NCBI GenBank assembly: GCA_002189035.1
Contig: NEEC01000348.1
Coordinates: 1-39,990, forward strand
Direction of reading: 5' to 3'
Length of the DNA stretch: 39,990 nucleotides
Source: Utricularia gibba
Lineage: Eukaryota; Plantae; Magnoliophyta
Within the stretch, counting starts at the first letter, position 1, and each line of letters opens with the position of its first letter. Both the position numbers and the translations under genes were made by a program. This document shows, piece after piece, positions 1 through 11,300 of the stretch. Under the pieces are notes generated by a model. The model saw only the letters and a list, made by a program, of their open reading frames with translations, ran no database searches and had not been told where the DNA came from.

Positions 1-930
1 TGATCCATTTATTAACGTTGGGTTTTCGGCAGCTGCCTACATTGTTTCTGAAGGAAAGCTTGTCGTTTTTGGGTGGGTGCTTTCGTTGGGAAGTTCATCC
101 GAACCCAAGGTTCTGTTCGACTCCTGAGCCCATCGGTCCTATTCGACGAAAATCGTGATGCATTTATTGAAGTTAGGATGTCATGAGCACCCCAAATGGT
201 TTTCTCACCACATGCTATTTATTGAGGAGGCACTCTCGAGGGGCACTAGGATCGGCCGGAGGTCATATCGAACTCGGGCCCATAGTCATTTGTAGCCCGG
301 CAAAAAAAAGTGATCCATTATTAACGTTGGGTTTTCGGCAGCTGCCTACATGGTTTCTCAAGGAAAAGCTTGTCTTTTTTGGGTGGGTGCTGTCGTTGGG
401 AACTTCGTCCGACCCAAGTTTCGGTTCGACTCCTGAGCCAAATCGGTCTATTTGACGAAAATCGTGATGCATTTATTGAAGTTAGGATGTCATGAGCACC
501 CCAAATGGTTTCTCATCCACAAGCTTTATATTTGAGGAGGCGCTCTCGAGGGGCACCAGGATCGGGCCGAAGGTCGGTCGGGCTCGGGCCCATAGTCATT
601 TGTAGCCCGGGAAAAAAAGTGATCCATTTATTAACGTTGGGTTTTCGGCAGCTGCCTACATGGTTTCTGAAGGAAAAGCTTGTCGTTTTTGGTTTGGTGC
701 TTTCATTGGGAAGTTCATCGGACACAAGGTTCGTTCGACTCCTGAGCCAATCGGGTCCTATTCAACAAAAAAACATGCATTTTTTTTGAAGTTAGGATGT
801 CATGAGCACCCCAAATGGTTTCTCATCCACAAGATTTATATTTGAGGAGGCGCTCTCGAGGGGCACCAGGATCGGGCCGGAGGTCGGTCGGGCTCGGGCC
901 CATAGTCATTTGTAGCCCGGCAAAAAAAAG

Positions 931-2161
931 TGATCCATTTATTAACGTTGGGTTTTCGGCAGCTGCCTACATTGTTTGAAGGAAAAGCTTGTCTTTTTGG
1001 TGGTGCTGTCGTTGGGAACTTCGTCCAGACCCAAGTTTCGGTTCGACTCCTGAGCCAAATCAGGTACTATTTGACGAAAATCGTGATGCATTTATTGAAG
1101 TTAGGATGTCATGAGCACCCAAATGGTTTCTCATCCACAAGCTTTATTTGAGGAGGGCTCTCGAGGGGCACCAGGATCGGCCGGAGGTCAGGTCGGGCTC
1201 GGGCCCATAGTCATTTGTAGCCCGGGAAAAAAAGTGATCCATTTATTAACGTTGGGTTTTCGGCAGCTGCTTACATGGTTTCTGAAGGAAAAGCTTGTCG
1301 TTTTGGTTTGGTGCTTTCATTGGGAAGTTCATCCGGACACAAGGTTCGGTTCGACTCCTGAGCCCAATCGGTCCTATTCAACAAAAATCAACATGCATTT
1401 TTTTAAAGTTAGGATGTCATGAGCACCCAAATGGCTTTCTCATCCACAGATTTATATTTGAGGAGGCGCTCTCGAGGGGCACCAGGATCGGGCTGGAGGT
1501 CGGGTCGGGCTCGGGCCCATAGTCATTTGTAGCCCGGCAAAAAAAGTGATCCATTTATTAACGTTGGGTTTTCGGCAGCTGCCTACATTGTTTCTGAAGG
1601 AAAAGCTTGTCGTTTTTGGGTGGGTGCTTCGTTGGGAACTTCGTCCAGACCCAAGTTCGGTTCGACTCCTGAGCCAAATCGGTCTATTTGACGAAAATCG
1701 TGATGCATTTATTGAAGTTAGGATGTCATGAGCACCCCAAATGGTTTTCTCATCCACAAGCTTTATATTTGAGGAGGCTCTCGAGGGCACCAGGATCGGG
1801 CCGGAGGTCAGGTCGGGCTCGGGCCCATAGTCATTTGTAGCCGGGAAAAAAAGTGATCCATTTATTAACGTTGGGTTTTCGGCAGCTGCTTACATGGTTT
1901 CTGAAGGAAAAGCTTGTCGTTTTTGGTTTGGTGCTTTCATTGGGAAGTTCATCCGGACACAAGGTTCGGTTCGACTCCTGAGCCCAATCGGGTCCTATTC
2001 ACAAAATCAAGATGCATTTTTGAAGTTAGGATGTCATGAGCACCCCAAATGGTTTCTCATCCACAAGCTTTATATTTGAGGAGGCGCTCTCGAGGGGCAC
2101 AGGATCTGGCCGGAGGTCGGGTCGGGCTCGGGCCCATAGTCATTTAGCCCGGCAAAAAAAG
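931..2161 (+). repeat. Local 2-monomer HOR (A2-like/Y + A3/Z-like), two copies; the same pair recurs at 4308-4927 and 7698-8313
   Basis: Monomers at 931 and 1547 carry gaacttcgtccag and caggtc..gggaaaa. Monomers at 1235 and 1854 carry cttacatgg, ctttcattg and gacacaa. Period is ~615-620 bp. Confidence 0.7.
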
Positions 2162-2318
2162 TGATCCATTTATTAACGTTGGGTTTTCGGCAGCTGCCTA
2201 CATTGTTTCTGAAGGAAAAGCTTGTCGTTTTTGGGTGGGTGCTTTCGTTGGGAAGTTCATCCGGACCCAAGGTTCGGTTCGACTCCTGCGCCCAATCGGG
2301 TCCTATTCAACGAAAATC
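2161..2318 (+). repeat. Representative A subunit (158 bp) of the monomer
   Basis: Starts gtgatccatttattaacgttggg and ends ...caacgaaaatc. It aligns to the following B subunit, with 34-35 of the first 48 positions identical depending on the A subtype, and both halves carry an aagctt at the same relative position. Confidence 0.9.
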
Positions 2319-2474
2319 GTGATGCATTTATTGAAGTTAGGATGTCATGAGCACCCCAAATGGTTTCTCATCCACAAGATTTATATTTGAGGAGGCGCTC
2401 TCGAGGGGCACTAGGATCTGGCCGGAGGTCTTGTCGAAATCGGGCCCATAGTCATTTGTAGCCCGGCAAAAAAA
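2319..2474 (+). repeat. Representative B subunit (~156-157 bp) of the monomer
   Basis: Starts gtgatgcatttattgaagttagg, which is homologous to the start of A, and ends ...gtagcccggcaaaaaaa. Confidence 0.9.
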
Positions 2475-5400
2475 GTGATCCATTTATTAACGTTGGGTTT
2501 TCGGCAGCTGCCTACATTGTTTCTGAAGGAAAAGCTTGTCGTTTTTGGTGGGTGCTTTCGTTGGGAAGTTCATCCGGACCCAAGGTTCGGTTCGACTCCT
2601 GAGCCCAATCGGGTCCTATTCAACGAAAATCGTGATGCATTTATTGAAGTTAGGATGTCATGAGCACCCCAAATGGTTTTCCAACCACATACTTTTTATT
2701 TGAGGAGGCGCTCTCGAGGGGCACTAGGATCGGGCCGGAGGTCATATCGAACTCGGGCCCATAGTCATTTGTAGCCCGGCAAAAAAAGTGATCCATTAAT
2801 TAACGTTGGGTTTTCGGCAGCTGCCTACATGGTTTCTGAAGGAAAAGCTTGTCTTTTTGGGTGGGTGCTTCGTTGGGAACTTCGTCCGACCCAAGTTCGT
2901 TCGACTCCTGAGCCAAATCGGTCTATTTGACGAAAATCGTGATGCATTTATTGAAGTTAGGATGTCATGAGCACCCCAAATGGTTTCTCATCCACAAGCT
3001 TTATATTTGAGGAGGCGCTCTCGAGGGGCACCAGGATCGGGCCGGAGGTCAGGTCGGGCTCGGGCCCATAGTCATTTGTAGCCCGGAAAAAAGTGATCCA
3101 TTTATTAACGTTGGGTTTTCGGCAGCTGCTTACATGGTTTCTGAAGGAAAAGCTTGTCGTTTTTGGTTTGGTGCTTTCGTTGGGAAGTTCATCCGGACCA
3201 AGGTTCGGTTCGACTCCTGAGCCCAATCGGGTCCTATTCAACGAAAATCGTGATGCATTTATTGAAGTTAGGATGTCATGAGCACCCAAATGGTTTTCCA
3301 ACCACAACTTTTTATTTGAGGAGGCGCTCTCGAGGGCACTAGGATCGGCCGGAGGTCTTGTCGAAATCGGGCCCATAGTCATTTGTAGCCCGGCAAAAAA
3401 AGTGATCCATTTATTAACGTTGGGTTTTCGGCAGCTGCCTACATTTTCTGAAGGAAAAGCTTGTCGTTTTTGGGTGGGTGCTTCGTTGGGAAGTTCATCC
3501 GAACCCAAGGTTCGTTCGACTCCTGAGCCCAATCGGGTCCTATTCGACGAAATCGTGATGCATTTATTGAAGTTAGGATGTCATGAGCACCCCAAATGGT
3601 TTTCTCAACCACATGCTTTTATTTGAGGAGGCCTCTCGAGGGGCACTAGGATCGGGCCGGGTCATATCGAACTCGGGCCCATAGTCATTTGTAGCCCGGC
3701 AAAAAAGTGATCCATTAATTAACGTTGGGTTTTCGGCAGCTGCCTACATGGTTTCTGAAGGAAAAGCTTGTCTTTTTTGGGTGGGTGCTTCGTTGGGAAG
3801 TTCGTCCGACCCAAGTTCGGTTCGACTCCTGAGCCAAATCGGTCTATTCAACGAAAATCGTGATGCATTTATTGAAGTTAGGATGTCATGAGCACCCAAA
3901 TGGTTTTCTCATCCACAAGCTTTATATTTGAGGAGGCGCTCTCGAGGGGCACCAGGATCGGGCCGGAGGTCGGTCGGGCTCGGGCCCATAGTCATTTGTA
4001 GCCCGGGAAAAAAAAAGTGATCCATTTATTAACGTTGGGTTTTCGGCAGCTGCTTACATGGTTTCTGAAGGAAAAGCTTGTCGTTTTTGGTTTGGTGCTT
4101 TCATTGGGAAGTTCATCCGGACCAAGGTTCGGTTCGACTCCTGAGCCCAATCGGGTCCTATTCAACAAAAATCATGCATTTTTAAGTTAGGATGTCATGA
4201 GCACCCCAAATGGCTTTCTCATCCACAAGATTTTATTTGAGGAGGCGATCGGGCTGGAGGTCGGGTCGGGCTCGGGCCCATAGTCATTTGTAGCCCGGCA
4301 AAAAAAGTGATCCATTTATTAACGTTGGGTTTTCGGCAGCTGCCTACATTGTTTCTGAAGGAAAAGCTTGTCTTTTTTGGGTGGGTGCTTCGTTGGAACT
4401 TCGTCCGACCCAAGTTTCGGTTCGACTCCTGAGCCAAATCAGGTACTATTTGACGAAAATCGTGATGCATTTATTGAAGTTAGGATGTCATGAGCACCCC
4501 AAATGGTTTTCTCATCCACAAGCTTTATATTTGAGGAGGCTCTCGAGGGGCACCAGGATCGGCCGGAGGTCAGGTCGGGCTCGGGCCATAGTCATTTGTA
4601 GCCCGGGAAAAAAAGTGATCCATTTATTAACGTTGGGTTTTCGGCAGCTGATTACATGGTTTCTGAAGGAAAAGCTTGTCGTTTTTGGTTTGGTGCTTTC
4701 ATTGGGAAGTTCATCCGGACCAAGGTTCGGTTCGACTCCTGAGCCCAATCGGGTCCTATTCAACAAAATCAACATGCATTTTTTAAGTTAGGATGTCATG
4801 AGCACCCCAAATGGCTTTCTCATCCACAAGATTTATATTTGAGGAGGCGCTCTCGAGGGGCACCAGGATCGGGCTGGAGGTCGGGTCGGGCTCGGGCCCA
4901 TAGTCATTTGTAGCCCGGCAAAAAAAGTGATCCATTTATTAACGTTGGGTTTTCGGCAGCTGCCTACATTGTTTCTGAAGGAAAAGCTTGTCTTTTTGGG
5001 TGGGTGCTTCGTTGGGAACTTCGTCCGACCCAAGTTTCGGTTCGACTCCTGAGCCAAATCGGTCTATTTGACGAAAATCGTGATGCATTTATTGAAGTTA
5101 GGATGTCATGAGCACCCCAAATGGTTTTCTCATCCACAAGCTTTATATTTGAGGAGGGCTCTCGAGGGGCACCAGGATCGGGCCGGAGGTCAGGTCGGGC
5201 TCGGGCCCATAGTCATTTGTAGCCCGGCAAAAAAAAGTGATCCATTTATTAAACGTTGGGTTTTCGGCAGCTGCCTACATTGTTTCTGAAGGAAAGCTTG
5301 TCGTTTTTGGTGGGTGCTTTCGTTGGGAAGTTCATCCGAACCCAAGTTTCGTTCGACTCCTGAGCCCAATCGGGTCCTATTCGACGAAAATCGTGATGCA

Positions 5401-8313
5401 TTTATTGAAGTTAGGATGTCATGAGCACCCCAAATGGTTTCTCAACCACATGCTTTTATTTGAGGAGGCGCTCTCGAGGGGCACTAGGATCGGGCCGGAG
5501 GTCATATCGAACTCGGGCCCATAGTCATTTGTAACCCGGCAAAAAAGTGATCCATTTATTAACGTTGGGTTTTCGGCAGCTGCCTACATGGTTTCTGAAG
5601 GAAAAGCTTGTCTTTTTTGGGTGGTGCTTTCGTTGGGAACTTCATCCGACCCAAGGTTCGGTTCGACTCCTGAGCCAAATCGGTCTATTCAACGAAAATC
5701 GTGATGCATTTATTGAAGTTAGGATGTCATGAGCACCCCAAATGGTTTTCTCATCCACAAGCTTTTATATTTGAGGAGGCGCTCTCGAGGGGCACCAGGA
5801 TCGGGCCGGAGGTCGGTCGGCTCGGGCCCATAGTCATTTGTAGCCCGGGAAAAAAAGTGATCCATTTATTAACGTTGGGTTTTCGGCAGCTGCCTACATG
5901 GTTTCTGAAGGAAAAGCTTGTCGTTTTTGGTGGTGCTTTCGTTGGGAAGTTCATCCGGACCAAGGTTCGGTTCGACTCCTGAGCCCAATCGGGTCCTATT
6001 CAACGAAAATCGATGCATTTATTGAAGTTAGGATGTCATGAGCACCCCAATGGTTTCTCATCCACAAGCTTTATATTTGAGGAGGCGCTCTCGAGGGGCA
6101 CTAGGATCGGGCCGGAGGTCGGGTCGGGCTCGGGCCCATAGTCATTTGTAGCCCGGCAAAAAAAGTGATCCATTTATTAACGTTGGGTTTTCGGCAGCTG
6201 CCTACATTGTTTCTGAAGGAAAAGCTTGTCTTTTTGGGTGGGTGCTTCGTTGGAACTTCGTCCAGACCCAAGTTTCGGTTCGACTCCTGAGCCTCGGTCT
6301 ATTTGACGAAATCGTGATGCATTTATTGAAGTTAGGATGTCATGAGCACCCCAAATGGTTTTCTCATCCACAAGCTTTATATTTGAGGAGGCGCTCTCGA
6401 GGGGCACTAGGATCGGCCGGAGGTCAGGTCGGGCTCGGGCCCATAGTCATTTGTAGCCCGGAAAAAAAGTGATCCATTTATTAACGTTGGGTTTTCGGCA
6501 GCTGCTTACATGTTTCTGAAGGAAAAGCTTGTCGTTTTTGGTTTGGTGCTTTCATTGGGAAGTTCATCCGGACCAAGGTTCGGTTCGACTCCTGAGCCCA
6601 ATCGGGTCCTATTCAACGAAAATCATGCATTTTTGAAGTTAGGATGTCATGAGCACCCAAATGGTTTCTCATCCACAAGATTTATATTTGAGGAGGCGCT
6701 CTCGAGGGGCACCAGGATCGGCGGAGTCGGTCGGGCTCGGGCCCATAGTCATTTGTAGCCCGGCAAAAAAAGTGATCCATTTATTAACGTTGGGTTTTCG
6801 GCAGCTGCCTACATTGTTTGAAGGAAAAGCTTGTCGTTTTTGGTGGGTGCTTTCGTTGGGAAGTTCATCCGGACCCAAGGTTCGGTTCGACTCCTGCGCC
6901 CAATCGGGTCCTATTCAACGAAAATCGTGATGCATTTATTGAAGTTAGGATGTCATGAGCACCCCAAATGGTTTTCTCAACCACATGCTTTTATTTGAGG
7001 AGGCGCTCTCGAGGGCTAGGATCGGGCCGAGGTCATATCGAACTCGGCCCATAGTCATTTGTAACCCGGCAAAAAAGTGATCCATTAATTAACGTTGGGT
7101 TTTCGGCAGCTGCCTACATGTTTCTGAAGGAAAAGCTTGTCTTTTTGGGTGGGTGCTGTCGTTGGGAACTTCGTCCAGACCCAAGTTTCGGTTCGACTCC
7201 TGAGCCAAATCAGGTACTATTTAACGAAAATCGTGATGCATTTATTGAAGTTAGGATGTCATGAGCACCCCAAATGGTTTTCTCATCCACAAGCTTTATA
7301 TTTGAGGAGGCGCTCTCGAGGGGCACCAGGATCGGGCCGAAGGTCAGGTCGGGCTCGGGCCCATAGTCATTTGTAGCCCGGGAAAAAAGTGATCCATTTA
7401 TTAACGTTGGGTTTTCGGCAGCTGCTTACATGGTTTCTGAAGGAAAAGCTTGTCGTTTTTGGTTTGGTGCTTTCATGGGAAGTTCATCCGGACACAAGGT
7501 TCGGTTCGACTCCTGAGCCCAATCGGGTCCTATTCAACAAAAATCAACATGCATTTTTTGAAGTTAGGATGTCATGAGCACCCCAAATGGTTTCTCATCC
7601 ACAAGATTTATATTGAGGAGGCGCTCTCGAGGGGCACCAGGATCGGCTGGAGTCGGTCGGCTCGGGCCCATAGTCATTTGTAGCCCGGCAAAAAAAGTGA
7701 TCCATTTATTAACGTTGGGTTTTCGGCAGCTGCCTACATTGTTTCTGAAGGAAAAGCTTGTCTTTTTGGGTGGGTGCTTCGTTGGGAACTTCGTCCGACC
7801 CAAGTTTCGGTTCGACTCCTGAGCCAAATCAGGTACTATTTGACGAAAATCGTGATGCATTTATTGAAGTTAGGATGTCATGAGCACCCCAAATGGTTTT
7901 CTCATCCACAAGCTTTATATTTGAGGAGGCGCTCTCGAGGGCACCAGGATCGGGCCGGAGGTCAGGTCGTCGGGCCCATAGTCATTTGTAGCCCGGAAAA
8001 AAAAGTGATCCATTTATTAACGTTGGGTTTTCGGCAGCTGCTTACATGTTTCTGAAGGAAAAGCTTGTCGTTTTTGGTTGGTGCTTTCATTGGAAGTTCA
8101 TCCGGACCAAGGTTCGGTTCGACTCCTGAGCCCAATCGGGTCCTATTCAACAAAATCATGCATTTTTTTGAAGTTAGGATGTCATGAGCACCCCAAATGG
8201 CTTTCTCATCCACAAGATTTATATTTGAGGAGGCGCTCTCGAGGGGCACCAGGATCGGGCTGGAGGTCGGGTCGGGCTCGGGCCCATAGTCATTTGTAGC
8301 CCGGCAAAAAAAG

Positions 8314-11300
8314 TGATCCATTTATTAACGTTGGGTTTTCGGCAGCTGCCTACATTGTTTCTGAAGGAAAAGCTTGTCGTTTTTGGGTGGGTGCTTTCGT
8401 TGGGAAGTTCATCCGGACCCAAGGTTCGGTTCGACTCCTGCGCCCAATCGGGTCCTATTCAACGAAAATCGTGATGCATTTATTGAAGTTAGGATGTCAT
8501 GAGCACCCCAAATGGTTTCTCATCCACATCTTTTATTTGAGGAGGCGCTCTCGAGGGGCACTAGGATCGGGCCGGAGGTCATATCGAACTCGGGCCCATA
8601 GTCATTTGTAGCCCGGCAAAAAAGTGATCCATTTATTAACGTTGGGTTTTCGGCAGCTGCCTACATGGTTTCTGAAGGAAAAGCTTGTCGTTTTTTGGGT
8701 GCTTTCGTTGGGAACTTCGTCCGGACCCAAGGTTCGGTTCGACTCCTGAGCCCAATCGGTCCTATTCGACAAAATCGTGATGCATTTTTGAAGTTAGGAT
8801 GTCATGAGCACCCCAAATGGTTTCTCATCCACAAGCTTTATATTTGAGGAGGGCTCTCGAGGGGCACCAGGATCGGGCCGGAGGTCAGGTCGGCTCGGGC
8901 CCATAGTCATTTGTAGCCCGGGAAAAAAAGTGATCCATTTATTAACGTTGGGTTTTCGGCAGCTGCTTACATGGTTTCTGAAGGAAAAGCTTGTCGTTTT
9001 TGGTTTGGTGCTTTCATTGGGAAGTTCATCCGGACCCAAGGTTCGGTTCGACTCCTGAGCCCAATCGGGTCCTATTCAACAAAAATCAACATGCATTTTT
9101 TGAAGTTAGGATGTCATGAGCACCCCAAATGGCTTTCTCATCCACAAGATTTATATTTGAGGAGGCGCTCTCGAGGGGCACCAGGATCGGGCTGGAGGTC
9201 GGTCGGGCGGGCCCATAGTCATTTGTAGCCCGGCAAAAAAAGTGATCCATTTATTAACGTTGGGTTTTCGGCAGCTGCCTACATTGTTTCTGAAGGAAAA
9301 GCTTGTCGTTTTTGGTGGGTGCTTTCGTTGGAAGTTCATCCGGACCCAAGGTTCGGTTCGACTCCTGCGCCCAATCGGTCCTATTCAACGAAAATCGTGA
9401 TGCATTTATTGAAGTTAGGATGTCATGAGCACCCCAAATGGTTTCTCAACCACATGCTTTATTTGAGGAGGCGCTCTCGAGGGCACTAGGATCGGGCCGG
9501 AGGTCATATCGAACTCGGGCCCATAGTCATTTGTAACCCGGCAAAAAAGTGATCCATTAATTAACGTTGGGTTTTCGGCAGCTGCCTACATGGTTTCTGA
9601 AGGAAAAGCTTGTCTTTTTGGGTGGGTGCTGTCGTTGGGAACTTCGTCCAGACCCAAGTTTCGGTTCGACTCCTGAGCCAATCAGGTACTATTTGACGAA
9701 AATCGTGATGCATTTATTGAAGTTAGGATGTCATGAGCACCCCAAATGGTTTTCTCATCCACAAGCTTTATATTTGAGGAGGCGCTCTCGAGGGGCACCA
9801 GGATCGGGCCGGAGGTCAGGTCGGCTCGGGCCCATAGTCATTTGTAGCCCGGGAAAAAAAGTGATCCATTTATTAACGTTGGGTTTTCGGCAGCTGCTTA
9901 CATGGTTTCTGAAGGAAAAGCTTGTCGTTTTTGGTTTGGTGCTTTCATTGGGAAGTTCATCCGGACACAAGGTTCGGTTCGACTCCTGAGCCCAATCGGG
10001 TCCTATTCAACAAAAAATCAACATGCATTTTTGAAGTTAGGATGTCATGAGCACCCCAAATGGCTTTCTCATCCACAAGATTTATATTTGAGGAGGCGCT
10101 CTCGAGGGGCACCAGGATCGGCCGGAGGTCGGGTCGGGCTCGGGCCCATAGTCATTTGTAGCCCGGCAAAAAAGTGATCCATTTATTAACGTTGGGTTTT
10201 CGGCAGCTGCCTACATTGTTTCTGAAGGAAAAGCTTGTCGTTTTTGGGTGGGTGCTTTCGTTGGAAGTTCATCCGGACCCAAGGTTCGGTTCGACTCCTG
10301 CGCCAATCGGGTCCTATTCAACGAAAATCGTGATGCATTTATTGAAGTTAGGATGTCATGAGCACCCCAAATGGTTTTCAACCACATGCTATTTATTTGA
10401 GGAGGCACTCGAGGGGCACTAGGATCGGCCGGAGGTCATATCGAACTCGGGCCCATAGTCATTTGTAGCCCGGCAAAAAAGTGATCCATTTATTAACGTT
10501 GGGTTTTCGGCAGCTGCCTACATGGTTTCTGAAGGAAAAGCTTGTCTTTTTGGGTGGGTGCTGTCGTTGGGAACTTCGTCCGACCCAAGTTTCGGTTCGA
10601 CTCCTGCCAAATCAGGTACTATTTGACGAAAATCGTGATGCATTTATTGAAGTTAGGATGTCATGAGCACCCCAAATGGTTTTCTCATCCACAAGCTTTA
10701 TATTTGAGGAGGCGCTCTCGAGGGGCACCAGGATCGGGCCGGAGGTCAGGTCGGCTCGGGCCCATAGTCATTTGTAGCCCGGGAAAAAAAGTGATCCATT
10801 TATTAACGTTGGGTTTTCGGCAGCTGCTTACATGGTTTCTGAAGGAAAAGCTTGTCGTTTTTGGTTGGTGCTTTCATTGGGAAGTTCATCCGGACACAAG
10901 GTTCGGTTCGACTCCTGAGCCCAATCGGGTCCTATTCAACAAAAATCAACATGCATTTTTTGAAGTTAGGATGTCATGAGCACCCCAAATGGCTTTCTCA
11001 TCCACAATTTATATTTGAGGAGGCGCTCTCGAGGGCACCAGGATCGGGCTGGAGGTCGGGCGGGCTCGGCCCATAGTCATTTGTAGCCCGGCAAAAAAAG
11101 TGATCCATTTATTAACGTTGGTTTCGGCAGCTGCTACATTGTTTCTGAAGGAAAAGCTTGTCGTTTTTGGGTGGGTGCTTTCGTTGGAAGTTCATCCGGA
11201 CCCAAGGTTCGGTTCGACTCCTGCGCCCAATCGGGTCCTATTCAACGAAAATCGTGATGCATTTATTGAAGTTAGGATGTCATGAGCACCCCAAATGGTT

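Noticed and set aside
170-182. Telomere-like TTAGG in gaagttaggatg
   Set aside because: It is a single pentamer per monomer, not tandem, and is expected by chance.
40-200. Hammerhead ribozyme, as in the similarly sized newt satellite 2 and schistosome Sm-alpha repeats
   Set aside because: The conserved CUGANGA core is absent from both strands of the consensus as far as I can read. The nearest are ctgaagga and tcatgag.
240-260. caccagg/cactagg polymorphism as a Dcm (CCWGG) base-calling artefact
   Set aside because: cactagg co-segregates with independent markers (aaccacatg, catatcgaac, tcgaaatc) in HOR phase, so it is a real subtype allele. The occasional cacagg form may be error.
1-310. Phased A/T tracts causing DNA curvature
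   Set aside because: Tract spacings in the A half are about 15, 22, 10, 12 and 15 bp, not a consistent ~10.5-bp phase by eye.
2540-2620. tRNA gene or tRNA array
   Set aside because: Only a B-box/T-loop-like motif is present. I found no A-box, D-arm, anticodon arm or 7-bp acceptor stem.
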